Shown in pieces: positions 36,226-50,310 of a DNA stretch of 64,000 nt; position 1 is the first letter of the stretch, and every line of letters begins with the position of its first letter. The stretch lies in NCBI GenBank assembly GCA_038087875.1, contig CM075995.1, positions 2,420,001 through 2,484,000 on the forward strand, given 5' to 3'. The stretch is from Malacoraja senta. Its lineage: Eukaryota. The notes under the pieces are model-generated. The model did not search any database and was not told the origin of the DNA. It worked only from the letters and a program-made list of their open reading frames with translations. The translations under genes were made by a program, and so were the position numbers.

Positions 36226-36520
36226 TTAGGTTAGTTCAGAGATACAGCGCAGAAACAGGCCATGCGGCCCACCGAGTAGCGATCCCTTACATTAACACTA
36301 TCCTACACACACTAGGTACAATTTACACTTATACCAGCTAATTAACCTACTAACCTGTACGTCTTTGAGTGCGGGGGGGGGGGGGGGAAACCGAACATCT
36401 CGGAGAAAACTCACGCGGTCACGCGGAGAATGTACATACCCTGTAGGGACAAGCACCCATGGCCAGGATCGAACCTGGGTCTCTGGCGCTGTAAGCGCTG
36501 TAAGGCAGCAACTCTACCGC
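36226..36520 (-). mobile_element. V-SINE (HE1-like)
   Basis: Tail, core and head on the minus strand. Confidence 0.82.
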
Positions 36521-37254
36521 AAAATTGTTGGTATATCCTTTTCGGCAAAGGAGGCTTCTCAGTCATTTTTTTTAGTATGATGTGGAATATACTTCTTCAT
36601 CTCATGCTACCATATCCCAAGCTGCAATCTACTAAACAGATGGGTGTCTGTAGATACCGCAGTGACTTTTACTGTTCCGTGGCCAGCTGTATTCACATAC
36701 AGCCCAAAGTGCAATGAATGTGGCTAGTTTTCACTGGCAAGGCATGTTGACTGATATGGTACCACATCAAGCCAATATTGAAAACTCACCATCTGGTAGA
36801 AGCCCAAGTGTGAATATCAGCTGGGGCTAAGCTTTGAACTTGGATCTCTTGGTCTATATCGCTGTGCATTAATAGGATGTGCACTGCAATGTTTTATGAA
36901 GGGTTTTTGAAAAACAACACCTACTTACCAGAAAAATATTGCTGCTCGACTTCATCAAATTATGTCCAACCTTTTTTATTTAAACACAGTTTTTCCACTG
37001 TGTTTCTACCTGTGTGATTTCACTATCTTGGTAGCTAATTGGCCACCTTTACATCCTTCTGTTTGAGACACAGGACCAGAGAGGAAATGTGGTGAAAAAC
37101 TGCTGAGCTGCAGCAACTCCTGCTCAAGCTGAGCAAATATATGCGGATCCATTATTACAATGTTCTTCAAGTGAAAGGCACAGCACTTACGGAAGGAAAT
37201 CACAGTTTTTTTGCCACTTATTTGACAGAACAGCATCAGCACGCTTTCTTTCAT

Positions 37255-38615
37255 GTTCATAAGTTCCAGGAGCAGAATTAGGCCCTTCGCCCATCAAGCC
37301 TACTCCGCCATCCAATCATGCTGATCTATCTTTCTCTCTCAACCCCATTCTCCTGCCTTTGCCCCATAACCCCTGACACCCTTACTAATCACAAATCTAT
37401 CAATCTCCGCCTAAAAAATATCCATTGACTTGGCCTCCACAGCACGTCTGTGGCAAAGAATTCCACAGATTCACCACCTTTTGACTAAAGTGCTGGCAAA
37501 CCACTCGACTTTAGCCTTTAAGACTTTAGAGATACAGCATGGAACCACTGGGTCCGCGCCAACCAGCAATCACCCCGTACACTAGCACTATCTCACACAG
37601 CTAGGACAATTTAACAATTTTTTTTACAGAAGCTAATTAACCTACAAACCTGTACATATTTGGAGTGTGGGCGGAACCAGCAGCACCCGGAGATAACCCA
37701 TAAGGAGAACGTACAAACTCTGTTCAGACAGCATCTATAATCAGAATCGAACTTGGGTGTCTGGCGTTGTAAGGCAGCAACTCTACCGCTACGCCACCAT
37801 GCCGCCCCAATCCTGAAAGGTGGGAGAGTACATCAGGATCAGCACCAGAAGGAGATGCCAACCTGGTGAGACTTCAACGTGCTTGTCTTCTTCGTGCATG
37901 TGCAACATCAGAAGTGGCACGCTTAAGATGGAGCTGAGCAGTCCCTGAACTAAGGGTGGCACAGTGGCGCAGCTGGTAGAGCTGCTGGCTGCCTCACAAC
38001 ACCTGTGACCCACGTTCGATCACTGGCTGTGTGGAGTTTGCACTTTCTCCGTGTGACCATGTAGGATTCCTCCGGGTGCTCTGGTTTCCTCCCAGATCCC
38101 CAAGACGTGCGGGTTTGTAGGTTAATTGCCCTCTGTAAATCGCCCCTAGTGTGAAGGGAATGGATGCAAAAGTGGGATAAAACTATTGTAAACGGGTGAT
38201 CAAGGGTCGGCATGGACTCAGTGGGCTGAAGGGTCTGTTTTAATGCTGTACCTCTAAAAGTAAACTAAACTAATGAGATCAGGGAAAGATTATCCATTGG
38301 TTGGAATTACATGTACATGGTGGCAGCACGGTGACGTAGCGATAGATCTATTGCCTTAGTGCAGAGACCCGGGTTCGATCCTGCTACAGGTGCTGTCCGT
38401 ACGGGGTATGTACGATCTCCCCGTGATCTGCGTGGGGTTTTCTCCGAGGTCTTCGGTTTCCTCCCACACTCCAAAGACATACAGGTTTGAAGGTTAATTA
38501 GCTTAGGGTAAATGTAATTGTCTAGTGTGTGTGTAGGGTAGTGTCAGTGTGTGGGGATCGCTGGTCGGTGCGGACTCGGTAGGCCGAAGGGCCTGTTTCT
38601 ACGTTGTATCTCTAA
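37255..38615. mobile_element. Cluster: CR1 tail (minus, 37255-37490), V-SINEs at 37515-37808 (minus), 37954-38272 (plus) and 38320-38615 (plus)
   Basis: Each copy shows the SINE head, core and tail motifs. Confidence 0.8.
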
Positions 38616-38891
38616 AAAAAAGAAAACACCAGATGGTTGCTATTGTTGAAGGACAACCATTTCAGCCACTGCATGGCCTTCTCTGAACATCATCATAGAC
38701 CCAGCCATCTCCTGTTGCCTTGGTAATGACTCCAGCTCATCTCGAAGGTCAGAGCAGCAATTTTCAGGCTAGATAACAATGTGTTCAAGTCTGCTTCAAC
38801 TTTTAAGCACTCCTAAAGGAGTTATGTCAATGCAAGTTGAGGTGGCACGAATATTACAGCAGTGGAGAGGGAATGCTCTGGAGGACATTTA

Positions 38892-39226
38892 AGAGCCTGT
38901 CCCACTGTTCTAGGTAATTCAAGAGTTCTCCCGAGTTCTCCCTGATTCAAGCTCGTGTAATGTACGTAGCGGGTTCGTAGGGGCTCGTACGAGTAAAAAG
39001 CACAAAAAATTTTCATCACGAGTATTCTTTTACTTGTGGACATTTTTCACAGTGTTGAAAAAACGTCACGAGTTTACTGGATTTCCCGAGTACCTACCGT
39101 TACTCGTACGAGCCGCTACGTGACATCCACGAGCTCCTACGTACCCGCTACGTACATTACACAAGCTCAAATCAGGGGAGAACTCGGGAGAACTCTTGAA
39201 TTACCTCATACAGTGGGACAGGCCCT
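38892..39226. mobile_element. PIF/Harbinger-like MITE
   Basis: TIR AGRGCCTGTCCCACT with about 100-bp imperfect arms; TTA on both sides. Confidence 0.82.
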
Positions 39227-39901
39227 TTAGTCATTGCTAAACACATTGGCCTGTTCAGCTAAAGCTGATTTGCCCGATGAAAATTATTTTCATCATTTAC
39301 AAACATGCATTAGCTTCTAAATACTCGCTAATAAGATATTAAATTAATGATATCATGCTTTCCCACACAAGATCTTGGACTTAAATGAGCATTTGGAATC
39401 TAATTTGAATTGAGGGACAGTTTCTTCCCAGCTGTTAACAGGCAACTGAATCATCCTACCACAACCAGAGAGCAGTGCTGAACTACTATCTACCTCATTG
39501 GTGACCCTCAGACTATCCTTGATCGGACTTTGCTGGCTTTACCTTGCACTAAACGTTATTCCCGTATCATGTATCTATACACTGCAAATGGCTCGATTGT
39601 AATCATGTTTGTCTTTCTGCTGATTGGATAGCACGCAACACAAGCTTTTCACTGTACCTCGGTACATGTGACAATAAACTAAACTAGTATGTTCCTCTCT
39701 CCTTTTAGTCCAACAAAGAGAAAATTATGTGGAGGAAATGTGTAGGAAGTAGGTGAATCAAGGACCAGAGGATATAGGTTTAAGGTGAAGTGGAAAAGAT
39801 TTAATAGAAATCTGAGGGGTAACCTTTTCACACAAAGGGTGGTGGGTGTATGGAACAAGCTGCCAGAGGAGGTAGTTGAGTCTGGGATATCCCAACGTTT
39901 A

Positions 39902-41939
39902 CACTCCACGATTACACATAATGCATTCACATAAATCTTATGACCAAGAGTTAGCTATCATCTCACTGGACGCAGAAAAAGCGTTTGATCAAGTAGAATG
40001 GGACTATATGATCAAAGTATTGCAAAAATTCCAATTGGGAGAAAACTTTATTGCATGGATAAAACTACTATATAACAAACCTACGGCTAGAATACTAACT
40101 AATAATATATTATCTTCAAAATTCGAATTATCTAGGGGCAACAGACAAGGATGTTCACTATCACCGCTGTTATTTGCTTTGGTAATTGAACCCCTTGCTG
40201 AAAAAATAAGAACACACTCGAATATTCACGGTTATAACACAAAATATTCAAACAACAAACTATCCCTATATGCTGATGATGTACTACTGTACATCACAAA
40301 ACCACAAATTAGTATACCAAATATATTAAACTTAATTGAGGACTTTGGATCCTTTTCAGGATATAGAATAAATTGGAACAAAAGTGAAATTATGTCGATT
40401 AAACCAAAAGACTCAACACATCTCAGGAAATTCCCTTTTAAAATAGCTATGGAAAAATTCAAATATTTAGGAATTGAGATTACTAGAAATTACCATGATA
40501 TGTTTAAAGCTAATTATAATCCCCTACTTAAGAAATTAAATAATCTGATTAAATTTTGGAAAACACTTCCGATGTCCTTAATAGGTAGGATAAATGCTAT
40601 AAAAATGATTTTCTTACCACAAATCCTTTACCTATTTCAATCAATACCTATATATCTCCCAAAAAAGTTTTTCAAAAAACTGGACTCAGACATTACAAAT
40701 TTTATATGGGATTACAAATCCCACAGAATACAAAGAACACACCTTAACAAACGAAAAGAGTTGGGGGGTCTAGCGCTCCCTAACTTTATGTATTATAACT
40801 GGGCAGTAAATATTAAAAATATGATTCACCTGCTGGACAATTCTGCCCAGCAGGTGGACTGGATTATAATGGAAAAAGGGGATTGCTCCCCGAATAATAT
40901 AGGAGCGATTATTCTCTCTCCAATAAATTTGAATAATAAAAATTATAATAAAAATCCAATTATATATAGCACTATTAGAACATGGAAGCAAATAAAACAG
41001 AATCTAAAATTAAGAAACCTATCTCTCTTAATACCAATAGTCAATAACCCATCGTTTAAACCTTCAATCATAGATAAAGCATTTATACAATGGGAAAGAA
41101 TGGGAATTAAAACGCTCGAAGATCTGTATGAATTAGAAAAATTACTATCATTCCAACAACTACAACTGAAATATAATTTGAAAAATAATCAATATTTTAA
41201 ATATATACAAATCTGTGACTATTTGAAAACACACACAAAAGATTATTATAATATGCCTTCCGACTTACTAGATGAAGCAATGAAGACAAAGGCGGAATCA
41301 GTTAATTTAATATCATACTTATATAATATCATCTTAAATATAGAAATACCCACAACAGATGGAATTAGAAGAGATTGGGAACAAGATCTAGGTATAAAAA
41401 TTTCAAAAGAGAGTTGGGATAATCATTTATTACAGGTGCATAAATGCTCGATCAACGTACGACATACGCTTATCCAATTTAAAACATTACATAGATTATA
41501 TTATTCAAAAACCAAACTAAATAAAATCTTTCCTAACGTCTCACCAATCTGTGATAAATGTATATGTCAAGAAGCTACCATAGCACATTCTTTTGTTTTT
41601 TGTACAAAAATCCAAAAATTCTGGTTTGAAATATTTGATATTTTTTCAAAATTAATCAAAATAAAACTGGTACCAAAACCAGAATGGATTATTTTTGGAA
41701 TATCGGAAGGTATTCCTGAATTAAACGTGTATCAGAAGAATTTACTCAATTATGGGCTAATAATGGGAAAAAAGCTTATACTTAAATTCTGGAAAAATGC
41801 GCCCACACCAACAATAAAAATGTGGACATCAAATATGTTGGAAACATTACATCTGGAAGAGATGAGATTCCTCCTAGTAGGCAAAGTAGATCAATTTCAA
41901 AAGACGTGGTCTACGTTTTTGGACCTATTACAAGCATGA
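39902..41939 (+). CDS. L1 ORF2 C-terminal part (RT core plus Cys-rich domain), uninterrupted frame, N-terminally truncated
   Basis: SLDAEKAFDQVEW, RGNRQGCSLSPLLF, LYADD, GYRINWNKS, KYLGI, GGLALPN, CDKC..HSFVFC. The first ~9 codons of the listed ORF come from flanking CR1. Confidence 0.9.
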
Positions 41940-42357
41940 GGTGCAATAGTAATTTAGAAAAACAAATAAATAAATAAAAGGTATTTGGACCTGGTAATGG
42001 GAGGTAAAATAAAAACAGACTTGGTTGGTAGTTCCTTCTCTATGAAGTATGGTATAAGAGTTATAATAGAGCGATTGTTCCTTCTTTCTTTCTCTTTTTT
42101 TTTCTAGGGTCTATTTTCTAACTTTACTTCCTTCTCTAACCTCTTTTCTAAGGGGCTTTCTTTTCCCAACACTCTTTTGCACTTCACAACCTTTGCGCAC
42201 TTTCTTCACTTTTCTTACTTCTTTCTTTTTCTTTCTTAAAGTTTAAAAAAGTGAAGCGGTACAAAAAATGTATTAATATATACGTGTTGTACATTACTGT
42301 AATCTACCGTACTTCTAAAAAATAAAAAAATAAAAAAAAAAAATAAAAAAAAAAAAA
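39902..42357 (+). mobile_element. 5'-truncated L1-clade LINE with poly(A) tail and 142-bp TSD
   Basis: ORF2 RT to C-terminus, pyrimidine-rich 3' UTR and A-rich tail; identical flanks at 39760-39901 and 42358-42499. Confidence 0.95.
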
Positions 42358-43889
42358 AAGGACCAGAGGATATAGGTTTAAGGTGAAGTGGAAAAGATTT
42401 AATAGAAATCTGAGGGGTAACCTTTTCACACAAAGGGTGGTGGGTGTATGGAACAAGCTGCCAGAGGAGGTAGTTGAGTCTGGGATATCCCAACGTTTAA
42501 AAAACAGTTAGACAGGTACATGGATAGGACAGATTTGGAGGGATATGGACCAAACGCAGGCAGGTGGGACTAATGTAGCTGGGACATGTTGGCTGGTGTG
42601 AGCAAGTTGGGCCGAAAGGCCTGTTTCCATAACTCTATGAAGGAACTGGAGATGCCGATTTACACTGAAGATAGACACAAAATGCTGGAGTAACTCAGCG
42701 GGTCAGGCAGCATCTCTGGAGAGAAGGAATGGGTATTATTTTGGCTTTCCCAGGAGATCATATAGCCCGACAGGGTTACAAATATCTTCACTGTATATCA
42801 CAGCTATATGGACTGGAGACACTAGACTAATTGGAACAGTGTTTTTTTTTCTAGTTCGTTATTTTTGTATGAGTGATTCAGTTGCTAGGGTGGTGCATAA
42901 AATATGGCCTGCCCTTTTAAGGTGACAAGATGACACTGCTATAAATAGTTCTAAAGTTACTTAATAGTTAATTGTTACCAGACAGGCCAATTAGAGGATA
43001 ATTGGTGTCGCGGGGAAATGTTCTGGTCAGATTGGGGACTGCTTGTTTTCTCCAGGTGCAGAGGAAAGAAATGGGAAATTAATAGATTTACCTATTTTAA
43101 AATCGTGATATAAAGATTTTTCTGTGTTACAAAGTATGGCAAGAATTATATGAAACACACCATGCCGTAAATAGATGCATGTTTAAGTAGATACAGTAGA
43201 TACTTTTTTTTTGCAAACTTAATTATATAAAAAAATATAAATGGAAGAGTGACTTATTGGCCATTAAAAAAAACACCTTCATTGACCTAAGTGTTGCGAC
43301 TGAGTTCTTTTAACTTAAAACAGGATCCAAAAAAGACACATTATACCCACTTCCTGACAAGTTTCAGTTTGTACAGGGCTCAACATTTTAAATAGAGCAA
43401 AAAAAGCAATTTGTAATTGAGCTCATATTGTCATATAGTGAAGTCAGGTTCTGAAATAATTTGCAGCATGAACTTGCTCCAGTTTGTTCTTGCCCATTTT
43501 TCAGATTCTCCCTCAAACACCTCGACAAGATCTAAGCAAGGGCTGTGACGTGAACTCATTGTACCTCAGAAAGAAACTCATTTCATTTCTACAAGAGCTT
43601 CTCTTTCAATTTTCTCCTTTTCTTTAAAATAAAGAATTATCGCCTTAGTTTATGTCAGTCATTATTTATCTCAATATTTATCTCAATTATTTATCTCAAT
43701 AGTTTGAGATAAATAAATAATAGCAAGCAAGAATTTCATTGTCCTATCTGGGACACATGACAATAAACTCTCTTGACTTGACTCTTCACTTGACTTGACT
43801 TGACTTTGCTGGACATCTTGCTCAGTCAGTCTGACTGGTAATACATTTATGTGTAGCCCATGAAGACAATCTCTGCCTGGCTATGCTTT

Positions 43890-44400
43890 TAGACACAAAA
43901 TGCTATGGTAACTCAGCGGGTCAGGGAGCATCCCTGGAGAGAAGGAATGGGTGACGTTTCGGGTCAAGACCCTTCTTCAGACTGACGTCAGGGGAGAGGG
44001 CACATATAGATAAGGAAGTGTAAGGTGTGAAAATGGGACAATGGGAATGAGGTTCAAGGAAAATGTAGAATAGGTCATTGTTAGCTGGGAGAAGTTAACA
44101 ACAAAGCAAACAGAGATACAATGTAGTCAGACAGTAAGACTGGTCGGAGAACTGGGAAGTGGGAGGGGATGAAGAGAGAGGGAAAGCAAGGGTTACTTGA
44201 AGTTAAAGAAGTCAATGTTCATACCGCTGGGGTGTAAGCTGCCCAAGTGAAATATGAGGTGCTGTTCCTCCAATTTGCGCTGGGCCTCACTCTGACAATG
44301 GAGGAGGCCCAGGACAGAAAGGTCAATGTGGGAATGGGAGTGGGAGTTAAAGTGTTTAGCAACCGGGAGATCAGGTAGGTTTAGGTGGATTGAGCTGAGG
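43890..44400 (-). mobile_element. PLE 3' fragment (GIY-YIG C-terminus, pLTR, hammerhead)
   Basis: DLPVAKHFNSHSHSHIDLSVLGLLHCQSEAQRKLEEQHLIFHLGSLHPSGMN; core at 43953-43980. Confidence 0.85.
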
Positions 44401-44796
44401 TGTATGATGTTTCTTTTGCTATCCTTCGCCATCTTTCTAATATACAATGAGTGATGATTTCTCCTCACAGTATGCCTTTTCAATCAGCGTATTATTCTAT
44501 AGCTAAATCTGTGGAACCTGTGAAATAAATCTAGCATCCAACAGAAATTAAATTTACGGTAGCCATCGTTAAATAACTGAATCCATATGGAAAAGTACTT
44601 TGGTGAAAATTCAATTCGGATAGGAAAGGTTTAGAGGGATATCGGCTAAATGCAGGCAGATAGGACCAGCCTAGATCGGCTATCTTGGTCGGCATGGGCA
44701 AGTTGGACCAAAAGTCCAGTTTCTGTGCTGTACAACTCTATCACTCTAATGTGTGTCTATTATTCAATTGCTGCCCCTCAGAGCCTCGGTTAATTT

Positions 44797-46040
44797 TAGT
44801 TTAATTTAGAGAAACAGGCCCTTCGGCCCGCCGAGTCCGTGCTGACCAGCGATCCCTGCACATTAACACATTCCGACACACACTGGGGACAATTTACACT
44901 TACACCAAGCCAATTAACCTACAAATCTGTGTCTCTTTGGAGTGTGGGAGTAAACCAGAGCTCTCGGAGAAAACCCATGCGGTCACGGGGAGAACGTACA
45001 AACTCCGCACAGATAGCACCCGTAGTCGTGATCGAACTGGCGCTGTAAGTACTAAGGCAGCAAATCTACCGCTGCGCCACCTTTAATAACAACATAGGAT
45101 GATGACTGTCTTAACTTTTAACAATGTGCAGGATACCTCATTGAACTGAGACTTAAAGGACAATTGGACAAAGAACAATTTAAAAACACGTCAGATATTC
45201 AGCAAGACCACGGTACTTCAAGCAGTGAACTGTTGTTCAATGAGAGATGAAAAGTCCCTTAAATCAATCTTAAGTGCACTCAATTTAGTTGCTAGAACTC
45301 ACCACTGAGTTAAAGAAGTGATGAACCTTAGGAATCATTAATCATTTGTAAGGTATTAAATGAATTTTGGCCTAGATGCTTTAATTACAAAAGAATACTA
45401 TTCAAGAGTGAAATCTACTTTTGATCAGAGACTTTCAAATATATGCATCAGGAAAAGGCCACAACATTTAAAGTATTTAATTTTTCATAAACAATCATGC
45501 TTCCTTTGATAAATTTATTCAAATTGTAGGCTAATTTCAGTTTAAAAAACACCTACTAATTCAAACTGCTGGTTGGAACAATAAAGCCAGTATTATATTT
45601 GGGCGGCACAGTGGTGCAGCGGTAAAATTGCTGCCTTACAGCGCAAGAGACCTGGGTTCCATCCTGACTATGGTTGCTGTCTGTATGGAGTTTGTACGTT
45701 CTCCCTGTGACCACGTGGGTTTCCTCTGGGTGCAACAGTTTCCTCCCACACTCCAAAGACGAACAGGTTTGTAGGTTAATTGGCCTATGTGTGTTGGATA
45801 GAACTGGTAAATTGATCCTAGTATGTGGGATCGAACTAGTATACAGGTGATCGTTGGTCGGCATGGACTCGGTGGGGCTGACGGAGGAGGATTGAAGAAG
45901 GGTCTGAAGAAGGGTGTCGACTGTACGTCACCCATTTTCTTCTCTCCAGAGATGCTGCCTGTCCCCGCTGAGTTACTCCAGCTTTTTGTGTCTATCTTCG
46001 GTGAGCTGAGAGGCCTGTTTCCACACTATATCTCTAAACT
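44797..46040. mobile_element. V-SINEs at 44797-45082 (minus) and 45601-46040 (plus, with a PLE insert at about 45890-46000)
   Basis: SINE motifs; ctgaagaagggt pLTR piece inside the second SINE's tail. Confidence 0.8.
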
Positions 46041-46653
46041 GAATAAGGATACTTACTCTATCAATTGATAGAGAATATTGAAAAAAGGTAAGTGATGTTC
46101 GATTCATCATTTTACAATTATGAGTAAAGTGAAGGTGTTATTGCAATGTTGGATTATATTATTTGATAATTTCACACATTCAGTGCATCCTTTACCTTTA
46201 TTCATATTACCTTTTCCTTCATTTTACCCTGTGTATATACTATTCTCTTTCTGTGAGGGAGAAAGATAACATTCTGGAAACTAATAAACTGATCCTTTCC
46301 CTCTCTTTGAGGCAGCCTGTGATTACCTTGGTGACCTCCTCCAATGTTGAAAGAAATCAGCGGGCAATCTGGTTACCTTGGCTCTGTGATATCGTATTTT
46401 TTGGCACAATTTATTGCATGGCAAATCTTGCAATGAAACCCTGTAACCTACATTTACTGGCAGCTTAATTTTTCCTCTACTTTGGTTCCTCGGTGCAATA
46501 AATTAAGTCACAATTTGAATATGTGAGGAATCCATTGCCAGCTCCTGTAGAGTAAAACGTTCATCTAAACTTATAATGCTGCTGTGCAAGCAACCAATTT
46601 GTTCATTCAGTCTTAGAACCAGAGCAATATGGGTGTGCATATGTATGTGTGTG

Positions 46654-47110
46654 TGGATACAGCAAAGATGTGGAGGCTTTGGAGAGGGTGCAGAGGAGGT
46701 TTACCAGAATGCTGCCTGGATTTAGAGGATTTCAGCCACATGGTGAGTTGGATAGACTTGGATTGTTTTCTCTGGAACGTCGGAGGTTGAGGGGACACCT
46801 GATAGAGGTGTGTACAATGAGAGGCATCGATAGGGTAGACAGTCTGATCCTTTCTCCCAGGGTGGAAATGTCCAACACTAGCGGGCATAGCTATAAGGTG
46901 AGAGGGGAAAAGATTAATGGAGACGTGCAGGGCAAGACTTTTAGACAGAGAGTGGTGGGGGCCTGGAACGCATTGCCAGAGTTGGTGGTGGAGGCCGATA
47001 CAATAGTGCCGTTTACGAGGCTTTTAGAGAGGCACATGGAAGTACATGGAATAGAGGGATCTGGATCATTTGCAGGCTGATGAGATCAGATCGTGTTCGG
47101 CACAAACATC
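46654..47110 (+). mobile_element. CR1 3' fragment
   Basis: KDVEALERVQRRFTRMLPG..LGLFSLERRRLRG..RVVGAWNALP. Confidence 0.88.
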
Positions 47111-48231
47111 GTGTCCGTTTCCATGCTGGTCTGGGAAGGGTCTCGACCCGAAACGTCGCCCATTCCTTCTCTCCGGAGATGCTGCTTCACCCGCTGAGTT
47201 GCTCCAGCATTTTGCATGCTGTCCTGCTCGATACGTTCAATAGTGTACATAACACTGGTTCCACCAAGATGCAGTACAGAGCGCCACAGGAGATCGTTTT
47301 TCCCTGTGGCTATCAAACTGTACAACTCCTTCCTCCTCTGTCATGGGATAAGACTGACTCCCCCTCCCCAATCTTTGCACATCCCCAATCCTTCCACTCA
47401 TCACTTTAATTTCATTTTACATGTATCTTGTGGTTTTATGACTGTTGGCAGATCAATTCCCCTCCTGGGATAAATAAAGTTCTATCGTATCGTGTAACTC
47501 TGAAATATTACTGAGCAATGCGCAGACAAGAGCTAAGGTTTGATCAAAAGGACACATTTATAACACAAACCCTGTATTGTGAGGGGAGGGGGGCGGCGGA
47601 GTGAGTAGTGGAGAAATAAAATATAAACAGCAACAGTGTCTTAAGAGGCACTCTCTCTGGTACAAAGTGTGCCAATTAGACATAACATGAGAACAGGTGC
47701 CCATTTCTTTCCACTCATCCTCAAATCATTTTCCATCGAATCCCTCAACCATGTATCTTCTAGAAATATACATAATTAATTTATAAAATGACAGCAAAAA
47801 ACCTTTTAAATTGTAATTATGATTTTTTTTTAAGATGCCCTTGATATAAAGTGTCCATACAGGAATACCTACTGATTTTCATATGAAATCTATGAAAATA
47901 ATTCTATCAATTCTTCTCACATTGCTCTTCATTAGGCATAAAACATATACAGTGCAGCACATGTATCTGTACACTGTGAATGGCTCGATTGTAATTATGT
48001 ATTGTCTTTCCGCTGACTGGTTAGCATCCAACAAGAGCTTTTCACTGTACCTTGGTACACGTGACAATAAACTAAACTGAACAGGAACAGGCCCTTCGGC
48101 CCCCATTGTGCGTGCCGAATATGATGCCAAGTAAACTAATCTCTCCTGCTTGCATGCGATCCTTATCCCCTCCATTCCTACATATCTGTGTGCCTATCCG
48201 AAAGCCTGTTAGCTATACCTACCTACACTTA

Positions 48232-48575
48232 CAGAATAATGAAAGGCATAGATAGAGTGGATGTGGAAAGGAGCGTCTGGGACCAGAGGTCATGGCCTCA
48301 GAATTAAAGAACGCTCTTTAGAAAGGAGGTGAGGAGGAACTTTTTTAGTCAGAGGGTAGTTAATCTGTGGAACTCATTGCCACAGAGGGCTGTGGAGGGC
48401 CGTCAGTGAATATTTTTAAGGAAGAGATAGACAAATTCTTGATCAGAACAGGTGTCAAGGGCGATGGATAGAAGGCAGGAAAATGGGATTAGGAGGCAGA
48501 GATCAGCCATGATTGAATGGCGGAGTAGACTCGGTGGGCCGAATGGCCTAATTCTACGACTATAACTTGTGAACT
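48232..48575 (+). mobile_element. CR1 3' fragment
   Basis: tttagtcagagggtagttaatctgtggaactc and terminal ggccgaatggcc. Confidence 0.8.
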
Positions 48576-49223
48576 TGTACCCCATCACCCCTAGCAACGT
48601 CTTTGAATATCTATTCAGACATCACACCTTTATTTAAAAAAAATTAGATTTTAACCCCGATAGCGAACACCAGCACACCCCATTTTACCACATCACCATA
48701 CTGCATACATAGGATCAAGGGTTGGAAAGATAAACAGTTAAAAATAGTTAACACCAATAATAAAGGGATGCAAGAAGCCTCCATGTGGCGCATCCCGGGC
48801 AATGCTGACGACAGAAACTGTACCACAGTGACTGACTGAAGTAGCCAATTCTGCAACCACCGACCGTCAACCGCCACTGACCGACCGGAAAGATGTGATA
48901 TGGAAGATGGCCGGACACGAGGAAGAAGAACCAATAATAAAGAGAATAAATACAATCCACAACAAGTGGACATGACCATATATTCTTTATTTGAATGATA
49001 GCCAAGCTTTTCATCAGAATTATTTTAATAGCAACAACAGTACGTCTGTTTTACATGCGCTACCACCTGCTTAGGATACTAAAACCCAAGATACTTGGCA
49101 TGTTGATGTCAATATTTATATCACCTATAACACTTGGAAAAAACAGTAACTTCTACAGCTAGTACAGCTCTCAAAAGCCAGCAATATAAAGCAATGATAT
49201 GTAACTGAATCATAGGCATATTC

Positions 49224-50310
49224 GGGCAACACGGTGGCGCAGCGGTAGAGTTGCTGCCTTACAGTGCCAGAAACTCAGGGATCAATCCTGGCTACGGGCG
49301 CTGTCTGTACGGAGTTTGTACAGTCTCGCCGTGACCGCCTGGGTTTTCTCCGGGTGCTTTGGTTTCCTCCCACACTCCAAAGACTTACAGGTTAATTGGC
49401 TTCGGTAAAGATTGTAAATTGTCCCTAGTGTGATAGTGTTAGTGTACGGGGATCGCTGGTCGGCGCGGGCGCAGACTCGGTGGGCCAAAGGGCTAGTTTA
49501 TGCGCGGTATCTCTGAACTAACCTAAACTAACCATACACCCTCATGAAGTCTTCACTGGTTTGGGGTGACTCAATGAGTGAAATTCCTTTATTGCTACAA
49601 ATGACAGGATTTAAATTTACACTTGCGAAATGTGTTTAGGCAGTACTTCAGATTCAGATTCAGATTCAGATTCAACTTTATTGTCATTGTGCAGTGTACA
49701 GTACAGAGACAACGAAATGCAGTTAGCATCTCCCTAGAAGAGCGACATAAATATGAGCAGTAAATAAATAAATCTAATCTAATAAATCCTGTACATAGTA
49801 CATAGCAAGTCATTTTCCTTCGCTCCATAGATGCTGCCCCACCCGCAGAGTTTCTCCAGCATTTTTGTCTACCTTCTTGCTGTGAAAACTGACTTTGTGA
49901 CTCCTTGTGTACACAGTTGCAAACCAGCTGTTTTCTTTTTAATCCACTATCCAAACCCTTTGTTTGGATCTTCAGATTCGCAACTGCTTATTATGCTCTC
50001 CGCACTTCATTCCGTTTCAAGTCGTTTGTCTTTGCCAACCACTCTTTGACTCACGGGAAGGAGCAGCGGTAGAGCTGCTGCCTTACAGCGCCAGAGACCC
50101 AGGTTCGATACGGACTACGGGTGCTGTCTGTACGGAGTTTGCAGGTTCTCCCCGTGACCGCATGAGTTTTCTCCGGGTGCTCTGGTTTCCTCCCACACTC
50201 CAAAGACATACGGGTTTGTAGGTTGATTGGCTTGGGTAAAATTGTAAATGGTCCCTGGTGTGTGTAGGACAGTGCTAGTGTGTACGGAGTGAGCGCTGGT
50301 CGGCGCGGAC
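49224..50310 (+). mobile_element. V-SINEs at 49224-49532 and about 50060-50310, with a Rex tail and PLE piece between
   Basis: SINE motifs; (TTCAGA)n tail at about 49647-49675. Confidence 0.75.

Larger units (their letters stand above)
39745..42640 (+). mobile_element. CR1 3' fragment that hosts the L1
   Basis: Removing the L1 and one TSD copy restores a continuous CR1 end like 3259-3530. Confidence 0.85.

Noticed and set aside
39876..39901. Start of the 687-aa ORF
   Set aside because: These codons belong to the duplicated CR1 target; the L1 is truncated and lacks EN and the RT N-terminus.
43661..43720. Three tatttatctcaa repeats followed by an inverted copy
   Set aside because: Small AT-rich slippage or fold-back at a LINE junction; no evidence of function.
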